Source: Eubacteriales bacterium
GTDB lineage: Bacteria; Bacillota; Clostridia; Christensenellales; CAG-138
DNA: 64,000 bases
Assembly (NCBI GenBank): GCA_028694155.1
Contig: JAQUTY010000004.1
Coordinates: 13,773-77,772, forward strand
Direction: 5' to 3'
Shown: piece after piece, positions 37,207 through 45,534 of the stretch
How positions within the stretch are numbered: the first letter of the stretch is position 1
Layout: each line of letters begins with the position of its first letter
Position numbers and translations under genes: made by a program
The notes under the pieces: model-generated
What the model saw: only the letters and a program-made list of their open reading frames with translations
Told to the model about the DNA's origin: nothing
Databases searched by the model: none

Positions 37207-38084
37207 GCTTTTTTTCCTCCGTTCTTAGATTTTTTGTTTGCAGGTTTTTGAGCCTTGCTCTTTGCCCATGGGAAGCCTGCGCCCTGCTTTACAAAGATGC
37301 TTTCCAATACATCGTGTACCGCTTGCGAATCCAGATAGCGGACGAGCTTGCCGTCACGAGCCATGGATATTGCACCGGTTTCCTCGGATACGATTATTAC
37401 GATGCAGTCTGATACGGTCGATACGCCAAGTGCAGCACGATGTCTGGTGCCAAGCTCACGAGATATTTCATAGTCGTCCGAAAGGGGCAAAAAGCAGCTT
37501 GCGGCGACAATGGTTTGTCCACGAATGATGATTGCACCATCGTGCAAGGGAGTGTTGGGCTCAAAGATATTTTCTATGAGCGCACCGGTTAAGATTGCCT
37601 CCAGCCTCGTGCCTGTCGAAACGATGTCGCCAAGACCGGTTTTCTGCTCAAACACCAGCAGTGCGCCAACTCGGCGTTTTGAAAGGTGTAAAAGCGTGCG
37701 CTGAATATCTCGGACGACCTCGTTGCCGTTTTGATCCTTGCTCGCTTCGGCAATGGTGCGACCGATTTGCTTTCCGCTTCTGCCCAGCTTCTCAAGAACA
37801 CGCCTGATTTCGGGCTGAAAAAGAATAAACAGAACAATGATGATGGAGCCTGATTGCAGGATGGAATCGAGAACCCAGCTTAGGGTATTGGTCTGGAGCA
37901 AACGGCTTATAACAGAGAAAACAAAAAGCAAGGCAACACCTTTTATAACCTCATATGCCCTTGTCTCCCTTGTCCAACCAATCAGCTTGTACAGCAAAAA
38001 TGCGATGATGATGATATCCAACGCGTCATGCCAATCAAAGAGTTGCAGACCGCTTAAAATGGTATTAAAAACGCCGCCGTCCAT
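37203..38084 (-). CDS. cdaA: Diadenylate cyclase
   Basis: GGAAGGAGG lies 7 nt before ATG 38084; the listed ATG 38102 contains that SD. Three N-terminal TM helices. DAC domain motifs TPLHDGAIIIRG and LGTRHRAALGVS...IVIIVSEETGAIS. Confidence 0.9.
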   Translation of the reverse strand: MDGGVFNTILSGLQLFDWHDALDIIIIAFLLYKLIGWTRETRAYEVIKGVALLFVFSVISRLLQTNTLSWVLDSILQSGSIIIVLFILFQPEIRRVLEKLGRSGKQIGRTIAEASKDQNGNEVVRDIQRTLLHLSKRRVGALLVFEQKTGLGDIVSTGTRLEAILTGALIENIFEPNTPLHDGAIIIRGQTIVAASCFLPLSDDYEISRELGTRHRAALGVSTVSDCIVIIVSEETGAISMARDGKLVRYLDSQAVHDVLESIFVKQGAGFPWAKSKAQKPANKKSKNGGKKA

Positions 38085-38197
38085 GCCAAGACCTCCTTCC
38101 ACACCAGATACTAACTGAAATTATAGTATACTATACATGTGTCAGAATTGTCACGCAAAAATTACACTATTCATAAAAATGAAATAAATTTTTGTAC

Positions 38198-38235
38198 TAA
38201 CAAATAAGAACTCGGTTGCTGAACGCCGAGTTCTT
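38198..38235 (-). terminator. Rho-independent terminator of the rnf operon
   Basis: Minus strand reads AAGAACTCGG-CGTTCAGCAA-CCGAGTTCTT followed by ATTTGTTAGT. Confidence 0.65.
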
Positions 38236-38267
38236 GAAAAAGTGGTTGACAAGATAATTCTGCTTGT

Positions 38268-39101
38268 TTATTTTTCCCAGTCGTAGCTCTCCTGCAGACC
38301 CTCAAAGAAGTTGTAGATACAGTGCATAGGGCAGGTCTCCACACAGGCACCGCAACGAGTACACTTGTCCGGATCAATCTCGGCAACGCCGTTGACCACA
38401 TGAATCGCATCGGAGGGACAGGACTTTTCGCAGCGGTGACAGCCTATACAGGCGACCTTGCACTGAAGCCGTGCGGTCTTGCCCGTTTCGGTGTTGCGAC
38501 ATTGCACAACGACCGTGCGATTCTTAGGCACCAGCGCAATAATGCTGCGTGGACAGGCGTCCACACACGCACCGCAGCCCGCACAGTAGTCGTCATTTAT
38601 CTTGGCTACTCCGTTTTCGATGGTGATGCAGTTGAACTTGCAAACGTTGCAGCAGTCACCGTAACCAATGCAGGCAAAGCTGCACGCTTTAGGGCCTCCC
38701 GAAAGGGCGGCAGCGGCTCTGCACGATTGCACCCCAGTGTATTGATAACGCTCTGAGGCGTTGTCACAGGTACCATTGCAGCGCACACGTCCGACCTTAC
38801 GCTCACCAACATCGGCGGTCACACCCATGATTGCACTTACGGCATCGGCAGTCTTTTTACCACCGGCTGTGCAGCCGGTAACGGGGGCTTTTCCTTCCAC
38901 GACCGCTTTTGCAAACCCATCACAACCGGGATAGCCGCAAGCACCGCAGTTTGCACCTGCAAGAGCAGCACGAACGGCAGAAACACGCTCATCCTCTTTG
39001 ACCTCGAACTTTTTGCCCACTAAGCCCAACAGGATGCCCAAAACAAGACCCAGAACGCCCAAAACGCCCAGTGAACAAAGAATTATTACCCATGGTTCCA
39101 T
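38268..39101 (-). CDS. rnfB: Rnf complex subunit B (polyferredoxin)
   Basis: AAGGAGG before ATG 39101; the listed start 39155 overlaps rnfA. N-terminal TM, CGACGYPGC cluster motif, several CxxCxxCxxxCP ferredoxin motifs. Confidence 0.88.
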   Translation of the reverse strand: MEPWVIILCSLGVLGVLGLVLGILLGLVGKKFEVKEDERVSAVRAALAGANCGACGYPGCDGFAKAVVEGKAPVTGCTAGGKKTADAVSAIMGVTADVGERKVGRVRCNGTCDNASERYQYTGVQSCRAAAALSGGPKACSFACIGYGDCCNVCKFNCITIENGVAKINDDYCAGCGACVDACPRSIIALVPKNRTVVVQCRNTETGKTARLQCKVACIGCHRCEKSCPSDAIHVVNGVAEIDPDKCTRCGACVETCPMHCIYNFFEGLQESYDWEK

Positions 39102-39114
39102 GCTTTTGACCTCC

Positions 39115-39723
39115 TTAAATATTGTTGAACAGTCCCGAAAATCCCATAAACGCAATGCTCATAAGTCCTGCAATGATGAGGGACAGAGGGAAGCCCTTGA
39201 GAGATTTAGGAACGTTGACGCTGCCTTCGATGCGCTCACGAATACCGGCCATCAAAACGATGGCAAGCAGGAAGCCCAGCGCACCAAACACGCCGTTTAG
39301 AACCGAGAACAGCAGGTCGTGTCCTGCATTCATGTTGAGAATGCACACGCCAAGCACCGCACAGTTGGTGGTGATGAGGGGCAGGTAGATGCCCAAAGCA
39401 CCATAAAGGGAGGGACTCGATTTCTTCAAAAACATCTCAACGCATTGCACCAGTGCAGCAATAACCAGAATAAATGAGATGGTTTGCAGGTATCCAAGAC
39501 CCAGCGGCACGAGCACCCACGAGTTAATCATCCATGTAAAGAGGCTTGCAAGAGCCATAACGAAGGTCACCGCCATGCCCATGCCAAACGCCGTTTCCAC
39601 CTTGCTTGATACTCCAAGGAACGGACAGCAGCCCAGGAACTTTGAGAAGATGAAGTTGTTGGTCAGCACGCAGCTCACCATGAACAACAGAATATCCAGA
39701 AGGTTTGAATTAGCTATCTGCAT
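39115..39723 (-). CDS. rnfA: Rnf complex subunit A
   Basis: Six-TM RnfA/NqrE-family sequence (NNFIFSKFLGCCPFLGVS, LPLITTNCAVLG). Confidence 0.9.
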   Translation of the reverse strand: MQIANSNLLDILLFMVSCVLTNNFIFSKFLGCCPFLGVSSKVETAFGMGMAVTFVMALASLFTWMINSWVLVPLGLGYLQTISFILVIAALVQCVEMFLKKSSPSLYGALGIYLPLITTNCAVLGVCILNMNAGHDLLFSVLNGVFGALGFLLAIVLMAGIRERIEGSVNVPKSLKGFPLSLIIAGLMSIAFMGFSGLFNNI

Positions 39724-40336
39724 TCTTCTTGACCTCCTTTCCCTTGCTGGTTAGCAGATTGACAATCCACAGAACCAGCCCAAAGGCGATGAATCCGCCG
39801 GCCGGCATGATGAACAGCAGCATCGGCTCGTAGCCCGAACCGAGCAGATTGACACCAAAGACTGAACCGTTGCCGATAAGCTCACGAATTGCACCTATCA
39901 GGGTGATTGCCAATGTAAAGCCCATGCCCATTCCAAGCCCGTCCATAGCGGAGAGCAGCACGCCATTTTTGGAGGCATATGCTTCTGCTCGCGCCAGAAT
40001 GATGCAGTTGACCACGATGAGGGGGATAAAGATGCCCAGACTCTGATATAGCGAGGGCAAGAATGCCTGCATCAGCATCTGCACCATGGTAACAAAGGTA
40101 CAGATTATGACGATGAACGCAGGAATGCGAATCTTATCGGGAATGAAGTTTCTAAGCAGGGATATGACAATGTTGCTTCCCAATAGCACGAAGGTTGCCG
40201 CAAGCCCCATGCCTATGCCGTTAATGGCCGTGGTTGTGATTGCCATGGTGGGGCAGGTGCCAAGCACTAGGCGGAGAGTGGGGTTTTCGGGCAGGATACC
40301 GTTAAAAAATACCCGTCCGCAGCTTTTCTTTTCCAT
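39710..40336 (-). CDS. rnfE: Rnf complex subunit E
   Basis: RnfE/NqrD-family sequence (ENPTLRLVLGTCPTMAITT, FIPLIVVNCIILARAEAYA). Confidence 0.9.
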   Translation of the reverse strand: MEKKSCGRVFFNGILPENPTLRLVLGTCPTMAITTTAINGIGMGLAATFVLLGSNIVISLLRNFIPDKIRIPAFIVIICTFVTMVQMLMQAFLPSLYQSLGIFIPLIVVNCIILARAEAYASKNGVLLSAMDGLGMGMGFTLAITLIGAIRELIGNGSVFGVNLLGSGYEPMLLFIMPAGGFIAFGLVLWIVNLLTSKGKEVKKNADS

Positions 40337-40338
40337 AC

Positions 40339-40869
40339 TTAATTCCCTCCTTCCATATAGCCAATTAGCTCCTCAAGCGTGCTGTTGACACAGTTTGTAA
40401 CGGCACGAGAGGTGATGGTCGCACTTGAGATTGCGCCTATATCGCCGCCGTCTTTGGCAATGGCAATTTTGCCCGTCTTACCGATGAATTGCTCCCAAAA
40501 CCAAGGCTCCTTTGCGCGTGCGCCAAGACTGGCGGTTTCCGAGAAGTTCTCACCGCCAATGCTCACTCCCGTGATGACACCGTCAAGATTGGCACCAACC
40601 GTGACTTCAATGTCGCCGCCGTACCCTTTGGTGATGCGTGCGGTGCAGTAGCCGATGATATTTCCGTCGGCGTCCAGCCCCTTGTAAAAGTCGCCGTCCT
40701 GTTCAAAGGACACGGCATCGGGCAGAACAGTTTGCCTTGCCGAATTTTGAGCTGCAATGGTCTGCTCGGCTATCGGCTTTGCGGTGATGACGTACACGCC
40801 GCCCAGCGCAAGCCCTGCAACAGCAGCAATTAAGAGGAGCTTTAGCCCCAACTTAGCTATCTCACGCAT
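40339..40869 (-). CDS. rnfG: Rnf complex subunit G (FMN-binding)
   Basis: N-terminal TM plus FMN_bind domain with the flavinylation motif region AISSATITSRAV. Confidence 0.85.
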   Translation of the reverse strand: MREIAKLGLKLLLIAAVAGLALGGVYVITAKPIAEQTIAAQNSARQTVLPDAVSFEQDGDFYKGLDADGNIIGYCTARITKGYGGDIEVTVGANLDGVITGVSIGGENFSETASLGARAKEPWFWEQFIGKTGKIAIAKDGGDIGAISSATITSRAVTNCVNSTLEELIGYMEGGN

Positions 40870-41785
40870 GGTTTTTCACCTCCCCGTACACTCTGGGTCG
40901 CATGAAGCGATCAATAAGCGGAGTAAAGATATTCATTATCAAAATGGCGTAGGTCACACCCTCAGGATAGGTTCCAAACCTGCGAATGACGGCGACCAAA
41001 AGACCGCAGCCCACGCCGAATACGAGCTGTCCCTTGCGTGTCATGGGATTTGTCACATAGTCGGTAGCCATAAAGACCGCACCAAAGAGAACACCTCCGG
41101 ACAGAACAGCACGAAGCGGATCATAACCGAATATCCATGCAAAGAGCATGAACGAGGCAATGAACGAAAGGGGCACATGCCATGAGACGACCCTGGTTAC
41201 AAGAAGCAGCACAAGACCCAACAAAATGGCAATCTTGCAGACCTCGCCCATGCTTCCGGGTATATTGCCAATGAATAGGTCAAGCGTGGTTGCTGGCACA
41301 ACAGATGCAGACGAAACAGCACCCGAGGACGCAAGCGGTGTTGCCTGCGAAACGCCGTCAAGGACAAAGTTGTTCATTCGGGCAGGCCATGACACCAACA
41401 GGATTGCTCTTGCGGTCAGGGCAGGGTTCAAAAAATTGCAGCCGATACCGCCAAACAACTGCTTGACAAGCAGAATGGCGACCGCACTTCCCACAACCAC
41501 CATCCACCAAGAAGCGGTAGGGGGGAGGTTCAGCGCAAGAATCAGACCGGTTACTACTGCACTAAGGTCGCTCACGGTTAGGCGGCGTTTGGCAATAAGC
41601 TCCGAGAGCAGCTCGAACACGACACACGACGCAACCGAAATAGCACACAGCAGAAGAACATTCAGTCCGAATATCCATGTTGCAGCGATAACGCAGGGCA
41701 TGAGTGCGGCAATGACGACCGCCATGATGCCTTGGGTGGACACAGGTGCTTTGATATGCGGTGCGGGAGAAACAAGTAATTTCAT
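40862..41785 (-). CDS. rnfD: Rnf complex subunit D
   Basis: AGAGGTGA SD before ATG 41785. MKLLVSPAPHI start and multi-TM RnfD/NqrB-type sequence (GGIGCNFLNPAL, MATDYVTNP). Confidence 0.9.
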   Translation of the reverse strand: MKLLVSPAPHIKAPVSTQGIMAVVIAALMPCVIAATWIFGLNVLLLCAISVASCVVFELLSELIAKRRLTVSDLSAVVTGLILALNLPPTASWWMVVVGSAVAILLVKQLFGGIGCNFLNPALTARAILLVSWPARMNNFVLDGVSQATPLASSGAVSSASVVPATTLDLFIGNIPGSMGEVCKIAILLGLVLLLVTRVVSWHVPLSFIASFMLFAWIFGYDPLRAVLSGGVLFGAVFMATDYVTNPMTRKGQLVFGVGCGLLVAVIRRFGTYPEGVTYAILIMNIFTPLIDRFMRPRVYGEVKNHA

Positions 41786-41790
41786 AACTG

Positions 41791-43110
41791 TCACCTCTTT
41801 TGCTTGGCGGCAATCTGGTCCTTGGCGAGCTTAATCGCCTGAGTCAGATGTCGCTTTGCGGGGCAGGAGTAGGAGCAGATGCCGCAGGCGATGCAATCCA
41901 TCGCATTATGCTTTTGAGCTGCGTCCCAAAGCTCCTTTTCCGCATCGAACTTAATTTGATAGGGCATCAGACCTATGGGGCAGGCATTGACGCATTTGCC
42001 GCAGCGAATACAGGCAAGCTCAACGTCCTCACGGCTCATAGCCTCGTCATACACAAGTATTCCACCGCCAGCCTTGGTGATGGACACCTCATCGCTTGGG
42101 CAGGCAAAGCCGGTCATGGGGCCGCCTGAGATTATTTTTTTCGGCTCGCCCTTATAGCCTCCTGCGGCCTCGATTGCATCGCCAAACTGCGTGCCTACAC
42201 GAACAAGGAAATTGGAAGGCTGGGCTACTGCGCCGGTAACGGTGGTAATTCGGCTATATAGGGGCTTGCCCAACAGAACCGCATCGGAGACGGCGGCGGC
42301 GGTCTGAACATTGAACACCAAGGCACCCACATCAATGGGCAGCTTCTTTTGGGGTACCTGCTTGCCTGTGACCACCTCGATGAGCTGCTTTTCACCGCCC
42401 TGTGGGTACTTGGTGGGCAGTGTCAAAACGGTAATTTCGGGATAATTCATTGAAGCCGCCTTGATGGATACCACGCAGTCGGGCTTGTTGCTCTCGATGG
42501 CAATTACTCCTTTTTGAACGTTGGCAGCCTTTAGCAGCAAGCGCAGACCCGATACGATGCGCAGGGGCTGTTCGAGCATCACCCGATGGTCGCAAGTCAA
42601 ATACGGTTCACATTCCGCACCGTTAATGATGACGATTTCTGCCTTTTTGCCTTCCGGTACAGCCAGCTTGACGGCACTTGGAAAAGCTGCGCCGCCCATG
42701 CCGCATATGCCGGCTTGGCGCACTGCATTGATTATATCAGCAGGAGAAACGCTCTCAACGGTACCTGCAGGGGTAAAGGGTACGGCTTCGTCCAGACCGT
42801 CATTTTCAATGACGATGCAGTCCTCAGGATGACCCTTGAGCTGCTGGCGAGGTTCAACGGCAATGACCGTCCCCGATACAGATGCGTGGACGGGAACACC
42901 CAAAAAGCCGTTGGGCGTTGCTATGGTTTGCCCCAGCAGAACTCTGTCGCCCTTTTGGACGCAGGGCGTGCTTGGCGCACCCAAGTGCATACCAACGGGG
43001 ATAACGACTGAGGAGGGTATCAGCTCCCTGATGGCACTTCCGCTTGACAGCGGCTTGCCCTCATGTGAGCTGTGCAGCGGATGCACTCCGCCACGAAAGG
43101 TTCTGGGCAT
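41791..43110 (-). CDS. rnfC: Rnf complex subunit C
   Basis: GGGGGTGA SD before ATG 43110 (MPRTFRGGVHP). NADH/FMN-binding region GMGGAAFP. Two 4Fe-4S motifs CIRCGKCVNACP and CIACGICSYSCP. Confidence 0.9.
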   Translation of the reverse strand: MPRTFRGGVHPLHSSHEGKPLSSGSAIRELIPSSVVIPVGMHLGAPSTPCVQKGDRVLLGQTIATPNGFLGVPVHASVSGTVIAVEPRQQLKGHPEDCIVIENDGLDEAVPFTPAGTVESVSPADIINAVRQAGICGMGGAAFPSAVKLAVPEGKKAEIVIINGAECEPYLTCDHRVMLEQPLRIVSGLRLLLKAANVQKGVIAIESNKPDCVVSIKAASMNYPEITVLTLPTKYPQGGEKQLIEVVTGKQVPQKKLPIDVGALVFNVQTAAAVSDAVLLGKPLYSRITTVTGAVAQPSNFLVRVGTQFGDAIEAAGGYKGEPKKIISGGPMTGFACPSDEVSITKAGGGILVYDEAMSREDVELACIRCGKCVNACPIGLMPYQIKFDAEKELWDAAQKHNAMDCIACGICSYSCPAKRHLTQAIKLAKDQIAAKQKR

Positions 43111-43142
43111 AAAGGTAATCACCCCCAATAAAATTTCATTTT

Positions 43143-43171
43143 ATTCTAGCATAAAAGGGGTTTCTTTGCAA
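43143..43171 (-). promoter_or_regulatory. Putative sigma-A promoter of rnfCDGEAB
   Basis: Minus strand reads TTGCAA (43171-43166), 17 nt, TGcTAGAAT (-10 at 43148-43143). Overlapped by the palindrome AATAAAAT-GAA-ATTTTATT. Confidence 0.5.
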
Positions 43172-43201
43172 TGCTATTTAGCGGCCCAAAGATGTATATT
43201 A

Positions 43202-43230
43202 TTGACTATATTTTCAATCCATAGTACAAT
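43202..43230 (+). promoter_or_regulatory. Putative sigma-A promoter of the 43263 gene
   Basis: TTGACT (43202-43207), 17 nt, TACAAT (43225-43230). Confidence 0.5.
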
Positions 43231-43262
43231 GAACAAAAGGGTTAAGGGGGATATATCGGACA

Positions 43263-43997
43263 ATGGAAGCAAAGAGCAGAAACGGGTGGATAGTAGCACT
43301 CTCATTGATTCTGGTGATGATGCTGGTTGTGGGGGTACTGGTGTATGTGCTGTTTTTCTTCCTGCCATCCGTGCCAAAGTATACGGGAGCTTGGATGGCG
43401 GAAGCGGTGACGGACGAGGTTGGCGATGTATATTTATCCGTTTGGTATGACGGCACCTGCGAGCTTACAAGCTACGGAAAGAGGCTTAGCGGACGTTGGC
43501 AATCCGATGATGAGGGTATTCACATTAAAGTAGGAGATAAAGAGGAGCTATATTTCCTCAACGATAAGAACGAGCTTGTTGGCGAGGGAACAACCTTTAG
43601 AAAAATAGCATCAGGCTCCAACATGGAAGCGCAGGGAATCGTTCTTCCAACAGCCACGCCCACACCCACGCCCATCCCTACACCGACCCCCGAACCGATT
43701 GATGAGCTTGTGGGAAAGTGGTGGTTCAAGGGTGCCTCTTACGAGGGCATGGATTTGATGGGGACATTGGACAAAGAAGCCTTGGATACGCTTCAAGCAT
43801 GCTACATATCTTTTTTCAAGGATAATACCTGTGAGATTGTGCTTGGTGCGGAGCTGACGGGTTATGGAACATGGACTCATATTGGCGAAAAGGTCGCCAT
43901 CACAATAGATGGCGATATCGAGAACGCAATAATTAGGGACGGACTGCTCATCATGGAGAGAGACGGCCTAGAAATATCCTTTGAGAAGGAAAACTGA
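43263..43997 (+). CDS. Hypothetical membrane-anchored protein with two related small beta-rich domains joined by a Pro/Thr linker
   Basis: N-terminal TM IVALSLILVMMLVVGVLVYVLFFF. Two segments share the pattern G.W....(D/N)(G/N)TCE......G.W. PTATPTPTPIPTPTPEP linker. Confidence 0.5.
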   Translation: MEAKSRNGWIVALSLILVMMLVVGVLVYVLFFFLPSVPKYTGAWMAEAVTDEVGDVYLSVWYDGTCELTSYGKRLSGRWQSDDEGIHIKVGDKEELYFLNDKNELVGEGTTFRKIASGSNMEAQGIVLPTATPTPTPIPTPTPEPIDELVGKWWFKGASYEGMDLMGTLDKEALDTLQACYISFFKDNTCEIVLGAELTGYGTWTHIGEKVAITIDGDIENAIIRDGLLIMERDGLEISFEKEN

Positions 43998-44011
43998 ACA
44001 CAACTAATAAA

Positions 44012-44046
44012 CTGCCACGGGGAAATCGCCTGTGGCAGTATTTTGT
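44012..44046 (+). terminator. Hairpin terminator shared by convergent genes
   Basis: CTGCCAC...GTGGCAG hairpin (44012-44038) followed by TATTTTGTT. Located between the stop at 43997 (+) and the stop at 44046 (-). Confidence 0.55.
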
Positions 44047-44579
44047 TACTTAATCAGTATTGCTCTTGTGGGGGAGGCTTCACCGCCACGAATTTTCAGC
44101 GGAAGTGCGACAAGTGTGTATTCTCCATCGGAAGCGGCGTCAAGATTAAGGTTCTCAAGGATTACAATTCCTTTTTCAAACAATATCCGATGCACCTCCT
44201 TTTCACACCTCGGCAGGGCGATGCTGTTTTTGTCCGTGCCGATTAGAATACAATCAAGCATTTCTGCCTGCTTTGCGGAAAGCTGTACGCCCCTAAGCAG
44301 CAGCCTTTGAGCCTTAGCTGATGAGTCGGAGGTGACAATACAAGACCCCATGCAGCTTGCAAGCTCGATTGCGGCAACATCCGTCCCATTCTCACACAGA
44401 TGCAGCGGCGCATCGAAGTGAGTGGCTCCGTGCAGCGAGGCGGTAAGATACTGCGTCAAAAAACCCGCCATGTCCGAGCGTGGCGCAGCAGCCTTTAGGC
44501 TAGGTGCATCGTCACCCGGATAGGGCGGTGTGGAAAGCAGCTCTCGTGTAATGTCAATCACCCTATATGCTGATGTCAT
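44046..44579 (-). CDS. Cyclase-family protein (arylformamidase-like fold), short form
   Basis: Cyclase-family metal motif HGATHFDAPLH. Start ambiguous: ATG 44579 or 44606, both overlapping the pfkA 3' end. Confidence 0.5.
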   Translation of the reverse strand: MTSAYRVIDITRELLSTPPYPGDDAPSLKAAAPRSDMAGFLTQYLTASLHGATHFDAPLHLCENGTDVAAIELASCMGSCIVTSDSSAKAQRLLLRGVQLSAKQAEMLDCILIGTDKNSIALPRCEKEVHRILFEKGIVILENLNLDAASDGEYTLVALPLKIRGGEASPTRAILIK

Positions 44580-45534
44580 AGGCGACCTTGTACATATAGG
44601 CGTCAAGCTGTTTGGTCATGTTCATCGCATCGTCAATGGGGACGGCGACAATCCTTGAGTCACGATAGCAGACAATCTGGTTGCGATTCCCTGCAAGAAG
44701 CTGTTCAACGGCAAAGTGTCCCATGCGTGAAGCCATAACACGGTCGCGCGTTGACGGACTGCCACCACGTTGAATGTAACCAAGAATGGTTGTTCGAGCC
44801 TCCAAACCCGTTTCTTCGGTGATTCGCTTGGAAATCTCATCGCATTTGCCAACGCCCTCAGCGACAATGATGAGGTGGTGATGCTTGCCACGCATACGAC
44901 CCTCACGGATTTGCTCGGCGATGTCACGCTCAAAATCGAAAGGAAATTCGGGAATGATGATGCTTGTCGCACCCACTGCAAGTCCCACATAGACTGCAAG
45001 ATGTCCTGCGTGCCTGCCCATTACCTCGCACACGGATACTCGCTCGTGCGACTGCATGGTGTCTGCCAGCTTGTCGATGGCGAGCATGGCGGTGTTTGCG
45101 GCAGTATCAAAGCCGATGGTATAGTGAGAGCAACCAATATCGTTGTCAATGGTGCCGGGAATACCGATAACATTTACGCCTGCGTCCGACAGAGCCTTTG
45201 CGCCCCTAAACGTACCGTCTCCGCCGATGCAGATAAGCCCATCTATGCCCATGTACTTGCAGGTGCGCAATGCACGCTCCAACCCTTGCGGCTGCATGAA
45301 CTCCTCGCTTCGGGCTGTGTAAAGTATCGTGCCGCCACGGTCGGTGATGCCGTTGACGCTGCGAGCGTCCATCTCAATGGTGTCGGCGTTTATAAGGCCC
45401 TGAAAGCCCCTGCGAATGCCAATTGGGTCAACATCATGCTGCAGACAGTTGCGAACTGCAGAACGAATGGCGGCGTTCATTCCGGGGGCATCGCCGCCGC
45501 TTGTGAGTATTCCAATTCGTCTTAACTTATCCAT
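44563..45534 (-). CDS. pfkA: ATP-dependent 6-phosphofructokinase
   Basis: RIGILTSGGDAPGMNAAIR, GGDGTFRGA, PGTIDNDI, GYIQRGG: canonical PfkA motifs. Confidence 0.93.
   Translation of the reverse strand: MDKLRRIGILTSGGDAPGMNAAIRSAVRNCLQHDVDPIGIRRGFQGLINADTIEMDARSVNGITDRGGTILYTARSEEFMQPQGLERALRTCKYMGIDGLICIGGDGTFRGAKALSDAGVNVIGIPGTIDNDIGCSHYTIGFDTAANTAMLAIDKLADTMQSHERVSVCEVMGRHAGHLAVYVGLAVGATSIIIPEFPFDFERDIAEQIREGRMRGKHHHLIIVAEGVGKCDEISKRITEETGLEARTTILGYIQRGGSPSTRDRVMASRMGHFAVEQLLAGNRNQIVCYRDSRIVAVPIDDAMNMTKQLDAYMYKVAYDISI

Noticed and set aside
44770-45525. 251-aa ORF antisense to pfkA (likewise 47120-48004 in glgD, 41148-41834 in rnfD, 32664-33389 in btuC/btuF, 54985-55527 and 54513-55007 in yedE, 23955-24626 in ygeY, 22839-23387 in ygeW)
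   Set aside because: All are antisense or out-of-frame shadows of genes with clear family motifs.
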